Source: a virus
Lineage: Duplodnaviria; Caudoviricetes
DNA: 30,120 nucleotides
Strand: one strand, 5' to 3'
Virus record (IMG/VR): IMGVR_UViG_3300036869_000085
Coordinates: 1 to 30,120 of that record
Part shown: positions 14,910 through 24,110 of the stretch, piece by piece
How positions within the stretch are numbered: the stretch's first letter is position 1
Layout of the letters: every line of letters starts with the position of its first letter
The notes under the pieces: generated by a model
Databases searched by the model: none
Seen by the model: only the letters and a program-made list of their open reading frames with translations
Told to the model about the DNA's origin: nothing
Position numbers and translations under genes: made by a program

Positions 14910-17541
14910 CGACGTCCGCCTCTCTCGTGACCGCGAGGACCGTGCAGGGCAGGGGGTCGACCTGGCGCAGCGCCGCCCGGCCCTTCTTGTTCCAGGTGGA
15001 GAACTGGACGACCTCGGCCATGCCGGAGAAGAGGCCGAGCGGGTCGTAGCCGTCCTCGACGGTGCGCTGCTCCCACTCGACCCAGTCCTCCTCGGGGGCG
15101 TCGAAGCGCTCCGCCACCTGGAGGCCGCGGCTCGCCTCGAGCTCGAAGGCCACCCGTCCCACGTTCTTGACCTGGTTCCGCACGTTGGCGTTCTGGAGCG
15201 CCAGGTCGAGGAGCTCGAGGTCGGAGACGTAGGGCAGGCCCACGTGGACGACGTCGTAGCCGGCGCCGTCGGGGTCGGGAACCACGACCTGGCCGCCGGT
15301 GACGACCAGTGGCTCGCCTGCCGGGTCCTCCCGGTACACGGTCGCGTCCGCGAGGGCGACGACCGAGAGGCCCTCGAGGTGGCCGAGCCCGGTCACCACC
15401 ACCCCAGCGAGGCCCTCGTTATAGGCGAGGCCGCGCGCCGTCACGGCGCCGTCGAGGAAGATCCCCTCCGCGGCGGCTCCGGGCACCGGCTCGCCGTCGG
15501 TGTCGACCTCGATCACGCGGGAGGCCATGCGCTCCACGTAGCGGTGCCAGGTGCCGTCCCCCTTCTGCCGCTTGACGAGCAGGTAGACGACGTCCTCGGT
15601 GCCCTCGGGGATCACGCAAACGTCCTCGACGAGGCCCTGGGTCTCGTGCCACGCCCAGGCCCAGACCTCCTGGTCGCGGACGTAGGTGAGGGAGAGCAGC
15701 TTCCCGTCGCTGCGGACCGCCCACACCACCGACCAGGGGTCCTCCTGGTAGGCCCAGGCCACGATCCCCTTCTTCGTGACGAGGTGGCGCGCCAGGATCG
15801 AGAGGTCGGAGCCGATGAAGCCCTCGCGCCCGCCGTCGTAGACGAGGTCTCGCACCCCGGTCCCCTTGGTCCTCACGTAGAGCAGGACGTCGGGCGGGAC
15901 CACCAGCGGGTCGAGCCAGCTCGCGCCGGCCTCGCCCTGGATCTTCGCCTCCGCCTGGCCCGGCCCGAGCGCCACACCCTGGGGCGGCCGGACCGACCAG
16001 ATCGAGCTCTGGGTCCCGATCACCAGCGCCCCGAGGCCGATGGCCCAGCGGATCTCCTCGCGCTTCCGCCCCACGAGCTCGGGCTCGAAGGCGTCGTCGG
16101 CGACGGAGGGGGAGTGGCGGTCGAAGTTGAAGTAGTCGCCCACGCGCGAGAGGAAGACGGTGGACGGCCGCTGGGCCGTGCCAGCAAAGACCCGTCGCTC
16201 GGCGTTGTAGGTGACGACCGCGGGCTGCTCCGTGCGAACGAGATCGTCGTTGGCGTCGAAGACCTTGAACGGGTTGCGCCCCTGAGGCGGCGAGAGGGTG
16301 AGGTCGGGGACGTCGCCGGTGTCGAGGAAGGTCGACCCGGAGAACTCGCCTACGTAGCCGTGGAAGGTGCCGCGCCCACGGAAGACCCTGCGCGCCACAA
16401 GCCTGGCGCCGGGGACGGTGGTGGCCCAGTTGCCATACACCCAGAGCGTAACGATCTTGTCCGGGTAGACGACCACGGTGGAGGGCAGCGGGATCGAGTG
16501 CAGGACGACCGGGTCGGGGAGCACGACGCCGACGTTGGTCCACCACGGATAGGTGGCCGCGGGCGGCTCGCCCGCCATGACGACCTCCGGTTGATGATTG
16601 AGGTTGGCGGCCTGGGTGCTCTTCCAGAGCTCTCCGCCATAGAGCACCACCGCGTCCAGCGGGTAGCTGAAGGTCGCCTCCCAGAGGTCGCCGTCCTGGA
16701 CCGCGATGCCGTTGACCTTGAGCGGCGCGGTCTCCCACTGGAGGCCGTTGTCGTCCTGCCAAATCTCGGTGATCAGCCAGTCCCACTGCTTGGCGAGGTG
16801 GGTGGCGTCGGCCTCGTAGATGCTCGAGGGGCTCACGTACACCGCGCCATTCGCGGTCGGCACATCGAACGACTCCGCCGTCAGGGTCCAGCTTGCGTGT
16901 CCGAGGCGCCGCAGCTCGAGCGGGTCGTAGCCCTTGCAGGTGAGCGTGATCACGTCCCCCTGCTGAGCGTACTTGAGGAATGGCAGGTCGGCCGCAAGGT
17001 AGGGCGTCGCCACCTCGAGCGTCTCGAACGGCACACCAAGTTGCGACCACGGGAGGTGTAGGACCCGGACCGAAATGCCGTGGAGGTAGACGTAGGTCTC
17101 GTACGTGGTGCCGGGCTCGTAGGACGGGACGCCCATCGCTTCGGCGGCAACCCACACGTGCCCCGCGAATGTCACCCGAGCGCCGGCCGCGTAGCCGGAG
17201 CCGGCGTCCCAGGCCGGCTCGTCTGGGGTCGCGATCGTCGCTCCGCCCACGTGGAAGCGCACGTAGCCCTGGCCGAACTCGAGCACGTAGGCCTGGCCCA
17301 GGTCCTCGGAGAAGATGAAGGGGATGAGGCGCGCGCCGCGGTCCACGGCGGCGGCCGAGTCCTTCGCTTCGAGCACGTGGGTCGTGCCGGCTCGATTGAG
17401 CGCGGCGCCCTCGGGGGCGAGGAAGAAGTTGTGACAGCGGCGGAGGCCCGCGAAGAACTTGGCGAGCCGGGTGGCGCCCCAGAGCCGCGGGGCGAGCTCG
17501 CCGGCGGCGAAGGAGTCCTGGCGGAACGGCTGGAGCGCCAT
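14899..17541 (-). CDS. Tail tubular protein B / nozzle (T7 gp12, Bbp13-like), 880 aa
   Basis: N-terminal QDSFAAGELAPRLWG...NFFLAPEGAALNRAGT...RLIPFIFS...YVLEFGQGYVRF; later VFLSRVGDYFNF, WAWAWHET, HVGLPY. ATG overlaps the upstream TGA (TGATG). Confidence 0.9.
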   Translation of the reverse strand: MALQPFRQDSFAAGELAPRLWGATRLAKFFAGLRRCHNFFLAPEGAALNRAGTTHVLEAKDSAAAVDRGARLIPFIFSEDLGQAYVLEFGQGYVRFHVGGATIATPDEPAWDAGSGYAAGARVTFAGHVWVAAEAMGVPSYEPGTTYETYVYLHGISVRVLHLPWSQLGVPFETLEVATPYLAADLPFLKYAQQGDVITLTCKGYDPLELRRLGHASWTLTAESFDVPTANGAVYVSPSSIYEADATHLAKQWDWLITEIWQDDNGLQWETAPLKVNGIAVQDGDLWEATFSYPLDAVVLYGGELWKSTQAANLNHQPEVVMAGEPPAATYPWWTNVGVVLPDPVVLHSIPLPSTVVVYPDKIVTLWVYGNWATTVPGARLVARRVFRGRGTFHGYVGEFSGSTFLDTGDVPDLTLSPPQGRNPFKVFDANDDLVRTEQPAVVTYNAERRVFAGTAQRPSTVFLSRVGDYFNFDRHSPSVADDAFEPELVGRKREEIRWAIGLGALVIGTQSSIWSVRPPQGVALGPGQAEAKIQGEAGASWLDPLVVPPDVLLYVRTKGTGVRDLVYDGGREGFIGSDLSILARHLVTKKGIVAWAYQEDPWSVVWAVRSDGKLLSLTYVRDQEVWAWAWHETQGLVEDVCVIPEGTEDVVYLLVKRQKGDGTWHRYVERMASRVIEVDTDGEPVPGAAAEGIFLDGAVTARGLAYNEGLAGVVVTGLGHLEGLSVVALADATVYREDPAGEPLVVTGGQVVVPDPDGAGYDVVHVGLPYVSDLELLDLALQNANVRNQVKNVGRVAFELEASRGLQVAERFDAPEEDWVEWEQRTVEDGYDPLGLFSGMAEVVQFSTWNKKGRAALRQVDPLPCTVLAVTREADVGGA

Positions 17542-18233
17542 CACTTCACCCCGAAGCGGAAGCGGGGGTCAATGCCGCCGAGCTCCTGGAAGCCCTCGAG
17601 GAAGTCCGGCGGGCCCGGCTGGTCCTTCTGGCTCTGCCGCGCGGAGTGGACCTGGGCCCGGCCGATGGCGGAGAGGAAGCGGCGCTCCGCCGCCGCGGCG
17701 AGGTCGGCCTTCTTGGTGAGGTGGGTGGCGAAGTCGATGGCGAGGCGCTCGCCGAGCGCGGCCGTGAAGAGGGCGGAGAAGCGCCCCGGGTTGGTGACGT
17801 TGGCCGTGTAGATGAGCTCCGCGGCCTCGAGGTCGCAGAGGAGCACGGTGGCCGTGGGCTCCTGAGAGAGAGGGTCGTCCTCGACCGGCACGGCCGGCGC
17901 GTCGCCCGCCTCGAGCTGGAAGGGGATGGAGTCCTCGGGCCGTGGGTTGCGCATGCCGGGCAGGACCACCTGCTGGGCGGTCCGGCAGTCGGCGGGGAGG
18001 GCGTAGACGTAGCCCCAGTCGGTCCGGGTGACGCCCTCGAGGAGCGCCAGCGCGGCCCGGCGAGTGGAGAAGAACCAGCGGAAGTCCTCGAGGAGCTCGT
18101 CGCGGCGCTGGGGGTAGAAGGTCCGGCCGAAGCCGGCCTCCGCGCCGGCCGCGGTGGCGAGGTCGCCCGCGAGCAGCTTGGTGGCGCCCGCCGCGGCGAG
18201 GGCCAGGTTGACGATCTCGATCTCGGTCTTCAC
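17541..18233 (-). CDS. Tail tubular protein A / head-tail adaptor (T7 gp11, Bbp14-like), 230 aa
   Basis: Motifs EIEIVNLAL, RDELLEDFRWFFSTRRAAL, WGYVYALPADC, FSALFTAALGERLA; GGAGG RBS; lies directly before the nozzle gene. Confidence 0.85.
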   Translation of the reverse strand: MKTEIEIVNLALAAAGATKLLAGDLATAAGAEAGFGRTFYPQRRDELLEDFRWFFSTRRAALALLEGVTRTDWGYVYALPADCRTAQQVVLPGMRNPRPEDSIPFQLEAGDAPAVPVEDDPLSQEPTATVLLCDLEAAELIYTANVTNPGRFSALFTAALGERLAIDFATHLTKKADLAAAAERRFLSAIGRAQVHSARQSQKDQPGPPDFLEGFQELGGIDPRFRFGVK

Positions 18234-18257
18234 GGTGAGGCCCTCCGCGGTGGGGGA

Positions 18258-18292
18258 GCAGCTCGAGGCCCAGGCCGGGCGCCTCGAGCTGC
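18258..18292 (-). terminator. GC-rich stem-loop between head and tail genes (terminator or RNA-stability hairpin, no U-tract)
   Basis: Perfect 12-bp inverted repeat GCAGCTCGAGGC (18258-18269) / GCCTCGAGCTGC (18281-18292), 10 nt after the stop of the upstream gene. Confidence 0.5.
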
Positions 18293-18302
18293 CGGTGTCG
18301 GG

Positions 18303-18854
18303 CTAGACGTCCTGGTCGGCCGCGCGCTTCCGGCGGCCGCCGCGCCCCTTCTTCTCGGGGTCGGCGGCGTCGGAGGCGTCGGAGGCCTCCTCCCCGTCCC
18401 CGCCCGGCTCCTCGCCGCCGGCGTCGCCCGCGGCGTCCTCGCTCACGACGCCGCGCGTCGGGCCGGCCTCGTCGCCCTCGGCCTTGGTGGGCGCCTCGCC
18501 GGCGTCGGCCGCGAGCTCCTCGAGGAGCCGCGCCTTCTCCTCGAGCTGCGCCTGGAGGTCGGCGAGCTCCTGCCGGGCCGAGTCGACGGCGTTGAGCTTC
18601 TCCTGGTCCTTCTCGCGCACGCCGGGCTTGAGCTCGATCCAGGCGTGGGGGTGGCGCTTGCCGACCATGACCTCGCCGGTCTTGAGGTTCTTCTTCCAGG
18701 GGACGATCTTGCCGGCCTTGTCGCGGCTCCAGCCGGGCGGGATCTCGTCCGCGGGGAGGCGGACCTTCTCGCCGGGGCCGTAGAGGGTGCCCTGCCGGTA
18801 GTAGGGCTGCCCGATGGGGTGGCCGGGGATGCGGTACTCGATGAGCTTTGGCAT
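18303..18854 (-). CDS. Hypothetical virion-associated protein (Bbp15 position), 183 aa, acidic low-complexity tail
   Basis: N-terminal PYYRQGTLYGPGEKVRLP resembles small post-capsid proteins of this phage group; short coiled coil; host-like codon usage. Confidence 0.7.
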   Translation of the reverse strand: MPKLIEYRIPGHPIGQPYYRQGTLYGPGEKVRLPADEIPPGWSRDKAGKIVPWKKNLKTGEVMVGKRHPHAWIELKPGVREKDQEKLNAVDSARQELADLQAQLEEKARLLEELAADAGEAPTKAEGDEAGPTRGVVSEDAAGDAGGEEPGGDGEEASDASDAADPEKKGRGGRRKRAADQDV

Positions 18855-18918
18855 GTGGTGGTCTCGGGAGCAGCGGGGCCGCCGGACGGGCCGGCCCCGC
18901 GCTGGTCAGGGTGAGCGA

Positions 18919-19389
18919 CTAGACGAACACGCCCGGCGCCGTGGCGACGTCCATGCAGAGCCCGGCGGTGAGCGCGCCGGCGGTGCCGTCGTTGGTGGCG
19001 ATGGTGATGATGAGGCCGAGGTAGCGCCTCGTGCAGCCGGCCGCGAGGCACCGGAAGCCGCGGAAGCGGTAGCCGGCCACCAGGTCCGCCTTGGCGATGG
19101 CGCCCGAGTCCGCGAGGATGATCGGGTTGCCGGTCAGGTCCGCGGCGTCGGCGTTGACGAGCTGGATCTTGACGGTGGAGGCGCCGGCCGCGGCCAGGTA
19201 GGTGGTCACGATCTGCACCAGGACGTCGACCTCGGAGCCCCGGCCCGGGTCGAAGACCGGAGTGCCGAGGGGACCGGCGGGGAGGGCGGTGCCGCCCCAC
19301 AGGTCGATGACGTTGGTCGAGTTGAAGGCCCCGGCCGCGTGGACGAGGGTCTGCGCGTCGGAGAAGAGGAGCTGCTTGTCGAGCATCAT
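18919..19389 (-). CDS. Capsid cement/decoration protein (Bbp16-like), 156 aa
   Basis: MMLDKQLLFSDAQ...STNVIDL...ADLVAGYR...RRYLGL...TAGALTAGL matches the Bbp16 family pattern. RBS AAGGGAG before the ATG at 19389. Confidence 0.88.
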   Translation of the reverse strand: MMLDKQLLFSDAQTLVHAAGAFNSTNVIDLWGGTALPAGPLGTPVFDPGRGSEVDVLVQIVTTYLAAAGASTVKIQLVNADAADLTGNPIILADSGAIAKADLVAGYRFRGFRCLAAGCTRRYLGLIITIATNDGTAGALTAGLCMDVATAPGVFV

Positions 19390-19465
19390 GTGCGTTCTCC
19401 CTTTCGGTGGTGGGGGCCGCAAGCTCGAGGGCGCCGTTCAGGCCGGCCCCGCGCTCACACGGTCG

Positions 19466-20455
19466 CTAGGCGACCTGGGCCTCCGTGTTGGTGATCGCGT
19501 CGGTGACGCGGACCGGGGCGCCCATGACGCGGGTGACCGGCTTGCCCTCCACGTCCTCGATCGTGATGGTGGCGTTCTTGGTGGCGGTACGGGCCTGCTG
19601 GTGGAGGAACTCGGCCACCTTCCGGTTGCAGTACCAGGCGAGCCGGCCGACGTTCGGATCGAAGATCCGGTAGTAGGCCGAGATCATGGCCGGGACGAGG
19701 GTGTCGCCCGTGGCCGCCAGGTTGGTGGTGTCGATGTTGGCGACGCGCACGAGCTGCCGCGCGTCCTTGACCACCAGGCCGAAGTCCCAGCTCCAGTGGG
19801 TGACCCAGGCGCGGAACTTCTTGCCCGAGCCGTCGTCCCAGAGCTGCTTCCCCATGTCGTCGGGTGTGAGGCCGCCCTGGCTGCCCTTCGGGTAGATGCC
19901 GAAGACGCTCTCCGGGCCCCAGCAGATCAGCCAGATCGACGTGTTGTCGTTGGCGGCGTCGTCGGTGTCGACGCTGATGATCTGCCCGCCGTAGGGGTTG
20001 GTGGTGGCGTCGAGGCGGGGGGCGAGGCCGGTGAACTTCTCCGGCGCCGTCTTGGTCGAGTGGTAGAAGACGCCGGTGCTGATCTCGTTGTTCATGCTCT
20101 GCACGAACGCGAGGTCCTCCGACGCCCGGAAGGCGGCCTCGTTGCCGCCCAGCCGGGCCTGCTTGACGTCGACCGCGCTCATGCCCTCGAGCTGGCCGGC
20201 CGCCTCGTCGTACTGCCCCTTGCGGCTCTTCGAGATCGCGACGCCCTCGTTGTAGCGGCGCCACCCGACGGACGGCAGCCCGACGCGGGTGGTGACGCGG
20301 TGGCCGGTGGTGAGGTTGCCCTCCATGACCACCATGTCCTCGAGGACGGGGTTGCGCTTGGTGAGCGCCTCCACCACCTGAGCGACCGCGCCGTCGGGGT
20401 CGAGCCCCTTCATCTGGTCGAGCAGGGTGGGAAGGTCGGTGCCGATGGTCGCCAT
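19466..20455 (-). CDS. Major capsid protein (Bbp17-like), 329 aa
   Basis: Motifs PTLLD...DPDG, NPVLEDM..MEGN..TGH..T.R.GLP...WRRYNEGV, PEKFTGLAPR, NTSIWLICWG, GIYPKGS..GL, VRVANID, DAITNTEA; AAGGAG RBS. Confidence 0.95.
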   Translation of the reverse strand: MATIGTDLPTLLDQMKGLDPDGAVAQVVEALTKRNPVLEDMVVMEGNLTTGHRVTTRVGLPSVGWRRYNEGVAISKSRKGQYDEAAGQLEGMSAVDVKQARLGGNEAAFRASEDLAFVQSMNNEISTGVFYHSTKTAPEKFTGLAPRLDATTNPYGGQIISVDTDDAANDNTSIWLICWGPESVFGIYPKGSQGGLTPDDMGKQLWDDGSGKKFRAWVTHWSWDFGLVVKDARQLVRVANIDTTNLAATGDTLVPAMISAYYRIFDPNVGRLAWYCNRKVAEFLHQQARTATKNATITIEDVEGKPVTRVMGAPVRVTDAITNTEAQVA

Positions 20456-20503
20456 CTTCTTCTCTCCTTCGTGGTGTGGTTCCCGAGGACGCCCGCGCTC
20501 CGA

Positions 20504-21397
20504 CTAGGTGTCGGTCTCTCCGCGCTCGGCGCGGAGCTGCTCGGCCATCTTCGGGTACATCTTGTCGGTGAACGTCTTGCCCGCCGGCGCGCCGCCGGCC
20601 CCGCGCCCGGTCCTAGCCACCGTGTCGTCCTCCTTGGTGGCCTCGTGGATCCGGTTGAGGAGCTTGATGAACGCCGGGTGCGAGCCCAGGCCCGTCCGCT
20701 CGAGCTCGGAGACGATGGGGTCGAAGTCGGTCCCCGAGAAGCGCTTGAGCGCCTCGAGGCCGTTGTGGAGGATCCCCTCCAGCTTCGCGCCGCCGATCTC
20801 CTTGTCCGCGCGGGCCTGCGTCTCCAGCCCTGCGACGTGCTCCTCGTGCGCCGTGACGAAGGCCTGGGTCACCTTCGCCTGCATCTTCGTCCCCAGGGCG
20901 ACGACGTCCTGGAGCTGCTCCCCCTTGAGGTTGAGCTTCTTGCCGATGCCCTTGAGCTCGCCCAGGAGCTCCTCGTCGGCCTTCTGCCCCTCGGGGAGCT
21001 CGGGCGTCCAGGCGTCGAGGTCGTCCGCCCCGGCCCCCTTGTCGCCGTCCTTCCCCTTCTCGCCGGCGCCGTCCGCCGGCTTCTCGCCGCCCTTCCCGCC
21101 GAGGAGGGTCTTCTTGGGCGGCGGGTCCGCCTTGCCGCCCTTCTTCCCCTTCTCGGCCTTGGCCTTGGCGGCCGCGTCGGCCTTGGCCTTCGCGTCCGCC
21201 TCGACCTTCGCCGCTGCGGCGGCCTTCTCGCTCGCCGCCTTCTCGGCCGCGGCCTTCGCCGCGGCGTCGTCCGCTCCGCCGGCGCCACCTTCGCCCTCGC
21301 CGCCCTCGCCTTCGCCGCCGCCATCACCGGCCCCGGCGGCGTCGTCCGCCTCGGGGGCCATGAGGAACCTCTGTCCGTTCAGCCAGTGCCAGATCAC
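20504..21397 (-). CDS. Capsid scaffolding protein (Bbp18-like), 297 aa
   Basis: Acidic Gly/Ala low-complexity N-half, then ADKEIGG, LERTGLGSHPAFIK, KEDD and C-terminal DKMYPKM; sits immediately before the capsid gene; GTGA overlap start. Confidence 0.82.
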   Translation of the reverse strand: MIWHWLNGQRFLMAPEADDAAGAGDGGGEGEGGEGEGGAGGADDAAAKAAAEKAASEKAAAAAKVEADAKAKADAAAKAKAEKGKKGGKADPPPKKTLLGGKGGEKPADGAGEKGKDGDKGAGADDLDAWTPELPEGQKADEELLGELKGIGKKLNLKGEQLQDVVALGTKMQAKVTQAFVTAHEEHVAGLETQARADKEIGGAKLEGILHNGLEALKRFSGTDFDPIVSELERTGLGSHPAFIKLLNRIHEATKEDDTVARTGRGAGGAPAGKTFTDKMYPKMAEQLRAERGETDT

Positions 21398-21774
21398 GGG
21401 TCTTCTCCTTCGTCCGGGGGATCCCCCGCCTCGTCGCGGAGGTGCTTCACTTCGTCGCGGCCGGCCGCCTGCTCCTCGAGCATCTGGAGGAAGAGGCCGA
21501 AGTCCTCGGCCTTCATCCGGTCGACCAGACCCTTGGCGACGGCCCGCTTCGCCGCCAGGCCGTAGAGCTCCTGGCCGCTCGAGGGCAGGAGGGCCTCGTC
21601 GAGGCCCAGGCCGCGGGCGGGGTGGTAGAGCAGGTCGAAGAGCAGCCGTCGGCCGCGCGGGTTGCTCATGGCCCAGCGCAGGTCCGCCGCGCGGGTGGCC
21701 GCGCGCTCCGCCGCGAGCTCGCGCTCGAGGCGGGCCTGGTCCGGGGTGTTCGCCTTGGAGGGCTTGCTGCTCAC
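21394..21774 (-). CDS. Bbp19-like small head protein, 126 aa
   Basis: DLRWAMSNPRGRRLLFDLL...AAKRAVAKGL resembles the Bbp19 pattern; GTG start overlaps the upstream TGA. Confidence 0.72.
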   Translation of the reverse strand: MSSKPSKANTPDQARLERELAAERAATRAADLRWAMSNPRGRRLLFDLLYHPARGLGLDEALLPSSGQELYGLAAKRAVAKGLVDRMKAEDFGLFLQMLEEQAAGRDEVKHLRDEAGDPPDEGEDP

Positions 21775-22064
21775 CGGCCCCCCTTCGTGGAGTAGGTGAC
21801 GCGCTCGGCCGGCGCGGCGTAGCGCTTCGCCACCTCGCGGCGCACCAGGGCGCGCTCCTCGCGGTTGAGCGGGGCGAGGCTGCTCACCCAGCACGTCTCG
21901 GGGTTCTCGCCGGCGACGATGGCGGCCCGGAGGTCGCCGACCGCCTTCGAGTAGAGCGGGATCCGCCGGCGGACGCGGGCGGCGTGGGCGCGGGCCTGGT
22001 TGGCGCGGCGCTCCGCCAGGAGCTCCTCAGGGGTCGGGATTCGAACGGGCGCGGTGTCGTTCAT
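21771..22064 (-). CDS. Hypothetical protein, 97 aa
   Basis: MNDTAPVRIPTPEELLAERR...; ATGA overlap with the portal stop and GTGA overlap with the next gene, filling the gap exactly. Confidence 0.68.
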   Translation of the reverse strand: MNDTAPVRIPTPEELLAERRANQARAHAARVRRRIPLYSKAVGDLRAAIVAGENPETCWVSSLAPLNREERALVRREVAKRYAAPAERVTYSTKGGR

Positions 22065-23863
22065 GGGATCTGGCCTGGAGGGGCGGGGAGGAGCTGGCTC
22101 GCAAGCGGCCCCATCGCCTGGAGCGCCGGCCCGAGCGCGTTGTCCGCGCTGGGGGCGGGGGTGGAGCCGAGGTCCTTGGCGGCCCCGGCGGCCTGGGCCA
22201 TGGCGGCGCCGCTCTCCGCGGCCTGCTGCTGGCGGGCCTTCGTGGCCCGGAGCGCCTGGACCACCGGCATGGCCTTCACGATCTTCGGGTTGATCCCGAG
22301 CAGCCTGGCGGCCTCGGTGATGATGGTGTCGACGTCGACCAGGTCGACGGCGTTGGGGTCGATGCCCGCGCCCTGGGCCACGAACTCGAGGAAGGACCGG
22401 ACGTTCGTGAGGCCGAGGGCCTTCTGGGCCGCGGCCGCGATCGAGACGTACTCGACGTCGAAGACCGCGATCTGGTGGCCGCGCTTCGCGAGGAGCTCGA
22501 AGACCTTCTGCGGCGGGGGCGGGATGGCGCCGGCGTCGAGCATGCCCTCGAAGAGCAGGTCGATGAGCGGCTCGAGGTACTCGCACTGGATCTGCTCGAG
22601 CACGGGCCCGAGCTGGAGCATGCGCTCCTCCTTCTTCGCCCGGACCTCCTCGGCCGTGTCGGGGGTGGCCCGCTCCCCGTTGAGCATCGCCAGCCAGAAG
22701 TCGACGAAGAAGAACTGTTGGACGCGCTCCTCGCGCCGCTGGATCGCCGCCTCGCACTTGTCCATCGCGTGGGCGATGGCGGCCGAGTCAGTGGTGGGCT
22801 CGATCTTGTCGGCCGCCGGGTTGCCGCTCGAGGGGCGCCAGGAGACGCCGCCGGGCGAGTGGTTGACCCCGCCCGTCTCCTGCATCGCCGCCGGCGCGCT
22901 GGTGGGGGGCTGGGTGAGCAGGGCGAGCAGGAGAGCGTGGCGATACTCGAGCTTCTGGACCTGCCGGTTGGCCGGCGCGGCGTCCATGCCCGGGCTCCGC
23001 CCATAGACGTCCTGGCCGTCGACCGTCCACCGCGGGGTGAGCGCGGGGAAGCGGTTGTGCCCGGAGCGGCGCAGGATGCCTGCCTTGCGGTCCTCTGCGT
23101 TGGCGCTCTCCATCCAGCACGAGCTCCAGCGCTTGCCGCGGGCGTCCGCCTTCGAGGGGTCGTGGTCGCGGTTGGGCTCGATCACGTGCAGGACCGGCCA
23201 CTTGGTGTCGAGCTTGTCGTCCTCGTAGGCGAGCTGCACCTTGCGGGAGCAGGCGTCGAAGCCGAACTCCTCGACGAGCTGCGCCGTGGTGAGCATGAAC
23301 TCCCGGTAGACCGTGTCGATGGTCCCGCGGAAGGAGCTCGCCAGGTAGAACTCGCCGATCTGGAGCGGGTAGAAGCGGAGGATGGTCTCGCGGTCCTTGA
23401 GGACCAGGGTCGCGTGGGTGCCGAAGGTGGCGAGGTCCGGGTAGGCCGAGCCGGCCGTCACGAGGTAGAAGTTGGTCCTCGCGAGCTGCGCCAGCATGCG
23501 CTGCGTCACGTCGTGGCAGTAGGTCTTGGCCTCCTCGAGCTCCATCACCTCCTGGTCGGCGAAGGCGAGGCGCATCCAGGGCCGGCTCGGCGAGGTGACG
23601 CCGGACATGAGGCCAGCGGCCAGCGTCCGGATCGCGTACTGGGCGATGGGGTTGAGGATCTTCTCGTTCTTCTTGGTCCCCCGGTTGGCGTCGGTGAGGT
23701 TGGCCCGGAAGCGGCGGGGCTGCATCCCGTCGGCGAGCTCCCGCCAGTGGGAGTCCCAGGTCGAGCGCTCGCTCTTGAGGCTGGCGAGGCGCTTGAGGTA
23801 GCGCTGGCGCTCCGTCACCTCCGGCTTGCGCTTCCTGGTCTCGACGGTGGCGGTGGCGGGCAT
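22061..23863 (-). CDS. Portal / head-tail connector (T7 gp8, Bbp21-like), 600 aa
   Basis: Motifs LKSERSTWDSHWREL, TLAAGLMSGVTSPSRPW, DLATFGT, IDTVYREF, PRW...DVYGRSPGM, TAEEV...KEERMLQLGPVLE. Confidence 0.95.
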   Translation of the reverse strand: MPATATVETRKRKPEVTERQRYLKRLASLKSERSTWDSHWRELADGMQPRRFRANLTDANRGTKKNEKILNPIAQYAIRTLAAGLMSGVTSPSRPWMRLAFADQEVMELEEAKTYCHDVTQRMLAQLARTNFYLVTAGSAYPDLATFGTHATLVLKDRETILRFYPLQIGEFYLASSFRGTIDTVYREFMLTTAQLVEEFGFDACSRKVQLAYEDDKLDTKWPVLHVIEPNRDHDPSKADARGKRWSSCWMESANAEDRKAGILRRSGHNRFPALTPRWTVDGQDVYGRSPGMDAAPANRQVQKLEYRHALLLALLTQPPTSAPAAMQETGGVNHSPGGVSWRPSSGNPAADKIEPTTDSAAIAHAMDKCEAAIQRREERVQQFFFVDFWLAMLNGERATPDTAEEVRAKKEERMLQLGPVLEQIQCEYLEPLIDLLFEGMLDAGAIPPPPQKVFELLAKRGHQIAVFDVEYVSIAAAAQKALGLTNVRSFLEFVAQGAGIDPNAVDLVDVDTIITEAARLLGINPKIVKAMPVVQALRATKARQQQAAESGAAMAQAAGAAKDLGSTPAPSADNALGPALQAMGPLASQLLPAPPGQIP

Positions 23864-23868
23864 GGGCC

Positions 23869-24099
23869 TCAGGCCTCGGACTCGTCGGCGAGCTTCGTCA
23901 CGGCCACGATCACGGTGCAGGTGGAGCCGTAGGGGTACTCGGCCGCCTCCTTCGTGGGGACGTTGAGGCAGAGCCGGCCGGCCTTGCCGTCGAGCTCCAC
24001 CTCGACGCGCGCCTTGCCGGTCGGCGTGTCGCCCGCCATGACCGGGTACATCGGGTCCCAGCTCGACTCGACCCTGACCACCTTGCCCTTGAGCTCCAT
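23869..24099 (-). CDS. Hypothetical beta-rich protein, 76 aa
   Basis: MELKGKVVRVESSWDP...; RBS AAGGGAG before the ATG at 24099; fills the gap before the portal gene. Confidence 0.65.
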   Translation of the reverse strand: MELKGKVVRVESSWDPMYPVMAGDTPTGKARVEVELDGKAGRLCLNVPTKEAAEYPYGSTCTVIVAVTKLADESEA

Positions 24100-24110
24100 C
24101 GGTTCTCCCT

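Noticed and set aside
21120-21350. Short tandem-like repeats (GEG/AAAK) in the scaffold, and poly-Pro tracts at ~11820-11900 and 24265-24290
   Set aside because: Ordinary low-complexity protein linkers; no CRISPR-like or regular DNA repeat structure.
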